Source: Bacilli bacterium
Lineage (GTDB): Bacteria > Bacillota_I > Bacilli_A > RF39 > UBA660
DNA: 64,000 bases
Direction of reading: 5' to 3'
Assembly (NCBI GenBank): GCA_017411405.1
Contig: JAFQQE010000014.1
Location: forward strand, 67,735 to 131,734
Numbering within the stretch: the first letter of the stretch is position 1; each line of letters opens with the position of its first letter. Positions 60,284-64,000 of the stretch are shown here, one piece after another. A program made the position numbers and the translations under genes. The notes under the pieces are model-generated. The model did no database searches and was not told the origin of the DNA. It saw only the letters and a list, made by a program, of their open reading frames with translations.

Positions 60284-60877
60284 ATGAAACTTATTAGAGA
60301 TAGTTATAATAAATATAGTAAAGTATATAATTTAATATTTTTAGGAATATCAATAAGTATTACACTAGGTATTATATTATCATTTTCTTTAGATGAAGTT
60401 ATTATAAATAATATGTTTGATTATTTTATAGAGCATATAACTAATTATAATTCTTATACATTTAGTAATATAATTTATCCAATAATAATATACATAGTAA
60501 TATTCTTATGTTCATTAACAATAATAGGTGTTTTTATACCGTTTTTAGCAATATTTATAGAAAATATAAGTATTGGCTTAATATTAGGAATATTACTCAA
60601 AAAAAGCATGTTAAAAGGCTTTTTATTTGGCATTATTTACTTTATTATAACTAAACTACTATATTTAATAATATTATTATATATAACAATAAATTTATAT
60701 AAGTTTGTAAAAACATTAATACTATCTTTAAAAAATAAAAATAATGAAAGTATATATAGTTTATATTCAAAAATCTTATTAAGAATAATATTTAGTATTT
60801 TAGCAATAACTGTATACAATTTATTAAATATATTTATTGCTCCTAAATTAATAAAACTATTTATTTTTCTTATTTAA
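60284..60877 (+). CDS. Polytopic membrane protein, possibly SpoIIM-like
   Basis: 197 aa, about 5 TM segments. Size and topology resemble stage II sporulation protein M. No strong motif. Confidence 0.3.
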   Translation: MKLIRDSYNKYSKVYNLIFLGISISITLGIILSFSLDEVIINNMFDYFIEHITNYNSYTFSNIIYPIIIYIVIFLCSLTIIGVFIPFLAIFIENISIGLILGILLKKSMLKGFLFGIIYFIITKLLYLIILLYITINLYKFVKTLILSLKNKNNESIYSLYSKILLRIIFSILAITVYNLLNIFIAPKLIKLFIFLI

Positions 60878-60904
60878 ACTGATATAATTATCTCGGTGAT
60901 TTAT

Positions 60905-61948
60905 ATGACAAAAGTTGTAGTTGGATTGAGTGGGGGAGTTGACTCTACAGTAGCAGTAATATTATTAAAAAATAAAGGATATGAAGTTATAGGAGTAACA
61001 TTTCTATTTACTGATGAGTTCGATCCAAAAGACGCAATAGAAGTAGCAAAAAAACTTAATATAGAACATCACATATTAGATTATAAAACAATATTCAAAG
61101 AAAAAGTTATAAATAATTTTATAAATGATTACAACAAAGGACTAACACCAAATCCATGCGTTTTATGTAATAGATTAATAAAGTTTAATTTTTTATATGA
61201 AAGCATGTTAAAATATAATGCAGACTACTTTGCAACAGGTCATTATGCTAAAGTAATAAATGGAAAATTATATAAAAGTAGTGATAAAAATAAAGATCAA
61301 ACATACTTTTTAAGTAATATAACAAAAGAACAATTAAATAAAGTATTATTTCCTTTAGAAGGTATAGACAAAGAAAAAGTAAGACATATAGCTAGTGAAT
61401 ATGGATTAATAAATGCAACAAAAAAAGATTCTACAGATGTATGTTTTATAACTTCAAATTTCAAAGATTATATAAAAGATAAAATAATAAATAAAAAAGG
61501 AAAAGTAATTAATGTTTTAAATAATGAAGTTATAGGAGAACATGATGGATTAAATCGTTATACTATAGGACAACGTAGAGGTTTAAATATGGGTGGTACA
61601 AAAGAAAGAATGTATGTAGTAGGTAAAGATATAGAAAATAACATATTATATATAGCAACAGGTGATGATAATGAATACTTAATAACTACTTCATGCATCT
61701 TAGATAATGTAAACTTATTCAATGAAGAAAAAATAGATAAATGTAATGCAAAATTTAGATATAGACAAGATGAAACTGAAGTCGAATTAAACTGGTTAGA
61801 AGATAATAAAGTAGAAGTAATATATGAACAAGGTATAAAATCAGTAACTCCAGGACAAATATGTACATTCTATAAAGATGACGAATGCTTAGGTGGAGGA
61901 ATAATAAAAGAAGTAAGAAAAAACAACAAAAAATTATGGTACTTGTAA
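60905..61948 (+). CDS. mnmA: tRNA 2-thiouridine(34) synthase MnmA
   Basis: KVVVGLSGGVDSTVA PP-loop, NPCVLCN, ATGHYA, KDQTYFL, CFI motifs. Confidence 0.93.
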   Translation: MTKVVVGLSGGVDSTVAVILLKNKGYEVIGVTFLFTDEFDPKDAIEVAKKLNIEHHILDYKTIFKEKVINNFINDYNKGLTPNPCVLCNRLIKFNFLYESMLKYNADYFATGHYAKVINGKLYKSSDKNKDQTYFLSNITKEQLNKVLFPLEGIDKEKVRHIASEYGLINATKKDSTDVCFITSNFKDYIKDKIINKKGKVINVLNNEVIGEHDGLNRYTIGQRRGLNMGGTKERMYVVGKDIENNILYIATGDDNEYLITTSCILDNVNLFNEEKIDKCNAKFRYRQDETEVELNWLEDNKVEVIYEQGIKSVTPGQICTFYKDDECLGGGIIKEVRKNNKKLWYL

Positions 61949-62063
61949 TAAGTACTTTTTAATTTATAAAAAAACCTTTTTCTTTACTTTTACTTGACAA
62001 ATTATTATACATTCAGTTACAATTATTATGTAAAGTGAATAAACATTAGAGAGTAGGATATAT

Positions 62064-62831
62064 ATGGAAAAAATAAAAGAAATACTTAATGAATTAGGAA
62101 TTTCTAAAGTTAAATTAGCAAAATATTTAGGAGTTTCAAGACAAATGATATATAATTATTTAGAATTAGATAATATAAATAAATGGCCTAAAGAAAAAAA
62201 AGTATTATTATATAAATTATTAAATATAGAAGATGGAGACCCTGAAACCATTGATAATATAAAAGTAACAACAGAATATATGGATGAAGTAGAAGAAAGA
62301 TTAAACTGTATAAATAAATCATGCGGTTTAGAATATATAGATGTTAAAGGATTAAATAAAGAAGAACAAATATTATTATCAGATTTTACATTCTTATTAA
62401 AAGAAAAATTAACTGAAAATGATAATAAAGAAAATTACTATATAGTTAAATATTTATATAATGTATTACAATCAGTAGATAACATCCCAGAATTAAAATA
62501 TTTATTAGGTTATGTAAGTAAATCAACAGGATTTACTGAGCCAAATGAATTCGCATTTAACGAAGATAAACAATTCATGTTCGAAGGTATAATTCATTCC
62601 GCATTTTCTTTATTTAGTAGTGGGGGAGCATCAAAAAATAGAGTAATTTTATCTAGAGATAGATTTATATCAGAAATTGAACAAAGAAATGAAGAAAAAC
62701 TTTCTAGAACACAAGAATTAATTACAGTACGTGTACAAGCATTAAGAGAATTAGGCTATGATAAAATAACAACACAAAATGCTGCAGAAGTATTTGAAAA
62801 AATTGCAGAAATTCAATCAAGAGGCGTATAA
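62064..62831 (+). CDS. HTH (XRE-like) N-terminal domain protein of unknown function
   Basis: ISKVKLAKYLGVSRQMIYNYLE HTH. The remaining ~190 aa are unassigned. Confidence 0.5.
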   Translation: MEKIKEILNELGISKVKLAKYLGVSRQMIYNYLELDNINKWPKEKKVLLYKLLNIEDGDPETIDNIKVTTEYMDEVEERLNCINKSCGLEYIDVKGLNKEEQILLSDFTFLLKEKLTENDNKENYYIVKYLYNVLQSVDNIPELKYLLGYVSKSTGFTEPNEFAFNEDKQFMFEGIIHSAFSLFSSGGASKNRVILSRDRFISEIEQRNEEKLSRTQELITVRVQALRELGYDKITTQNAAEVFEKIAEIQSRGV

Positions 62832-63203
62832 AAAGGATAAAATTAATTATCTTTTTTAATTTAACACTCCCCCTATTCATTAAATATATATAAAATAGGG
62901 GAGAATAGGTTATATCAACTTATATATCATAAAGTACTTAGAATTATATTAGATAATATATATCATTATAAAATAAAAATATGTATAAAAAATTTTAAAT
63001 ATATAAAACAAATAAAATAATAAGTCATATAATAAAAATTTAGATAAAATATATTTACATAAAATATATTAATTTAAATATAAACTATAAAATATATATA
63101 AACATAAAATAAAAGATAATAATATATACAACTTATTCAACAAATTATCGTACTTCATATAATATATAGTATGATTAATATTTTAATTAACATAAAAAGA
63201 CGA

Positions 63204-63347
63204 TTATTTTTCGTCTTTTTTTTCGCGTTCGTCTATATATTTTTTTATAATAAAATTTATTTCACCATTTATACTTCTTTCGTCTTCTAAGGCGATTTTT
63301 TTTAATTTATTATATAAATCTATAGCCATTCTTAAAGTTAAATTCAT
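63204..63347 (-). CDS. Unannotated 47-aa Arc/MetJ-type ribbon-helix-helix DNA-binding protein
   Basis: AGGAAGTG SD. MNLTLRMAIDLYNKLKKIALEDERSINGEINFIIKKYIDEREKKDEK parallels Arc (..FNLRWPREVLDLVRKVAEENGRSVNSEIYQRV..). Confidence 0.65.
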   Translation of the reverse strand: MNLTLRMAIDLYNKLKKIALEDERSINGEINFIIKKYIDEREKKDEK

Positions 63348-63440
63348 GGTATCACTTCCTAATTAAAATTATACTATTTTGGTATTGACATGGTGGTATC
63401 TTGGTGGTATTATTTTGGTAGATACCATAGTGGTATCACA
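63347..63440. repeat. TGGTAT(C/T) repeat array (candidate operator set)
   Basis: TGGTAT starts at 63347, 63380, 63394, 63405 and 63432, plus TGGTAG at 63416. The palindrome TGGTAGATACCA spans 63416-63427. The three central copies are 11 bp apart. GGTATCAC occurs at both ends. Confidence 0.6.
63385..63413 (+). promoter_or_regulatory. Consensus SigA-type promoter (TTGACA-17 nt-TATTAT), rightward
   Basis: Exact -35, 17-nt spacer. The spacer and -10 are occupied by GGTGGTAT repeats. Confidence 0.6.
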
Positions 63441-63471
63441 AACGTGTATTTTAAGAAAGGAAAGAAGAAAT

Positions 63472-63762
63472 ATGAAAGGTTCAATAATGTTAACGAGTAT
63501 AAGAAAGGGAAAAAAATGCACTTGTATTAATTATATTTTATTAAATAAGGATTATTTAATAGATAATGAATATGCTAAAGGTTTTACTGACCTTACAAGT
63601 TTTACAAACAATGATATTTTAAATGAAATTACTACTAGTGATTTCTTACAAGTTCTTGATTGTAGTTTTAAAGAAGTTCAAGATTATAAAAACCCTCTTA
63701 ATACTCAATTAAGATTAGAAACAATAACTTTAAAAAATGGAAAAATTATTAATTTATTATAG
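63472..63762 (+). CDS. Hypothetical small protein, first gene of the rightward operon
   Basis: AAGGAAAG SD plus ATG at 63472. The upstream part of the track ORF overlaps the promoter and operator region. Confidence 0.45.
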   Translation: MKGSIMLTSIRKGKKCTCINYILLNKDYLIDNEYAKGFTDLTSFTNNDILNEITTSDFLQVLDCSFKEVQDYKNPLNTQLRLETITLKNGKIINLL

Positions 63763-63940
63763 TCAAAATCAAAATAAATTCAAGACTAAGATTACAAGAA
63801 AGTATAGAACACCAAAAATTGGCTATATTAACCAATTTGACGAGGTATTAATTAAAGTTATAAATTGTGAGGAATTACAAGTTAATACAAATAGAAATAA
63901 ACATTTGTATTTTGTATTATCACGTTTATATAAAAAATAA
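63737..63940 (+). CDS. Hypothetical small basic protein
   Basis: 67-aa ORF overlapping the previous gene by 26 nt. Confidence 0.4.
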   Translation: MEKLLIYYSQNQNKFKTKITRKYRTPKIGYINQFDEVLIKVINCEELQVNTNRNKHLYFVLSRLYKK

Positions 63941-63965
63941 TTATTAGAAAGGAGAAAAGGTACTT

Positions 63966-64000
63966 ATGGAGGGTACTGTAACTAATAGTATGAGTGAGAT
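63966..64000 (+). CDS. 5' end of a further ORF (truncated by the window edge)
   Basis: AAAGGAGAAAAGG SD followed by ATG GAG GGT ACT.., open to the window end. Confidence 0.4.
   Translation, partial: MEGTVTNSMSE

Larger units (their letters stand above)
62870..64000. mobile_element. Possible start of a phage/plasmid/ICE-like module (continues beyond the window)
   Basis: Extremely AT-rich ~300-bp spacer, Arc-like repressor gene, divergent consensus promoter inside a repeat array, then small tightly packed ORFs. Confidence 0.3.

Overview
Very AT-rich chromosomal segment from an endospore-forming Firmicute. The gene repertoire looks Bacilli/Erysipelotrichia-like: ylbD/ylbE, yneF, yceD-rpmF and rpsU-yqeY, plus the sporulation genes spoIVA, sigK, spoVIF, a cotY/cotZ-like coat gene and a spoVB-like flippase. 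Most of the window is core genome: rpoB (3' end)-rpoC, a Ku/ligase NHEJ pair, hup, helD, rplS, eno, radC-mreCD, T-box-controlled serS and thrS, obg, one tRNA-Met, nrdDG-dut, rpsB-tsf, pdp, hemW and mnmA. I saw no rRNA, CRISPR array, IS element or reverse transcriptase. Two accessory parts stand out. (1) A ~3-kb decayed islet lies next to tRNA-Met (40.3-43.4 kb) and is bounded by a degenerate copy of the tRNA 3' end. It carries a large-serine-recombinase fragment, an orphan radical SAM enzyme and a convergent DUF4145-like gene, and is my best candidate for an undescribed cargo or defence module. (2) The window ends (62.9-64.0 kb) with what looks like the start of another mobile-element-type module: an AT-rich spacer, an unannotated Arc-like RHH gene, and a consensus promoter buried in a TGGTAT repeat array. 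Other items worth a second look are a SigE/K-type sigma factor fused to extra region-4-like modules beside a second paralogue, short SD-preceded ORFs between each T-box terminator and its aaRS start codon, a TGS-less thrS, a tightly linked pdp-herA pair without a nuclease partner, ribosomal protein S2 with a Rho_N/SAP-like tail, and a CRP-type palindrome between a Crp/Fnr regulator and nrdD. All calls rest on motif recognition and by-eye alignment. No searches were run.
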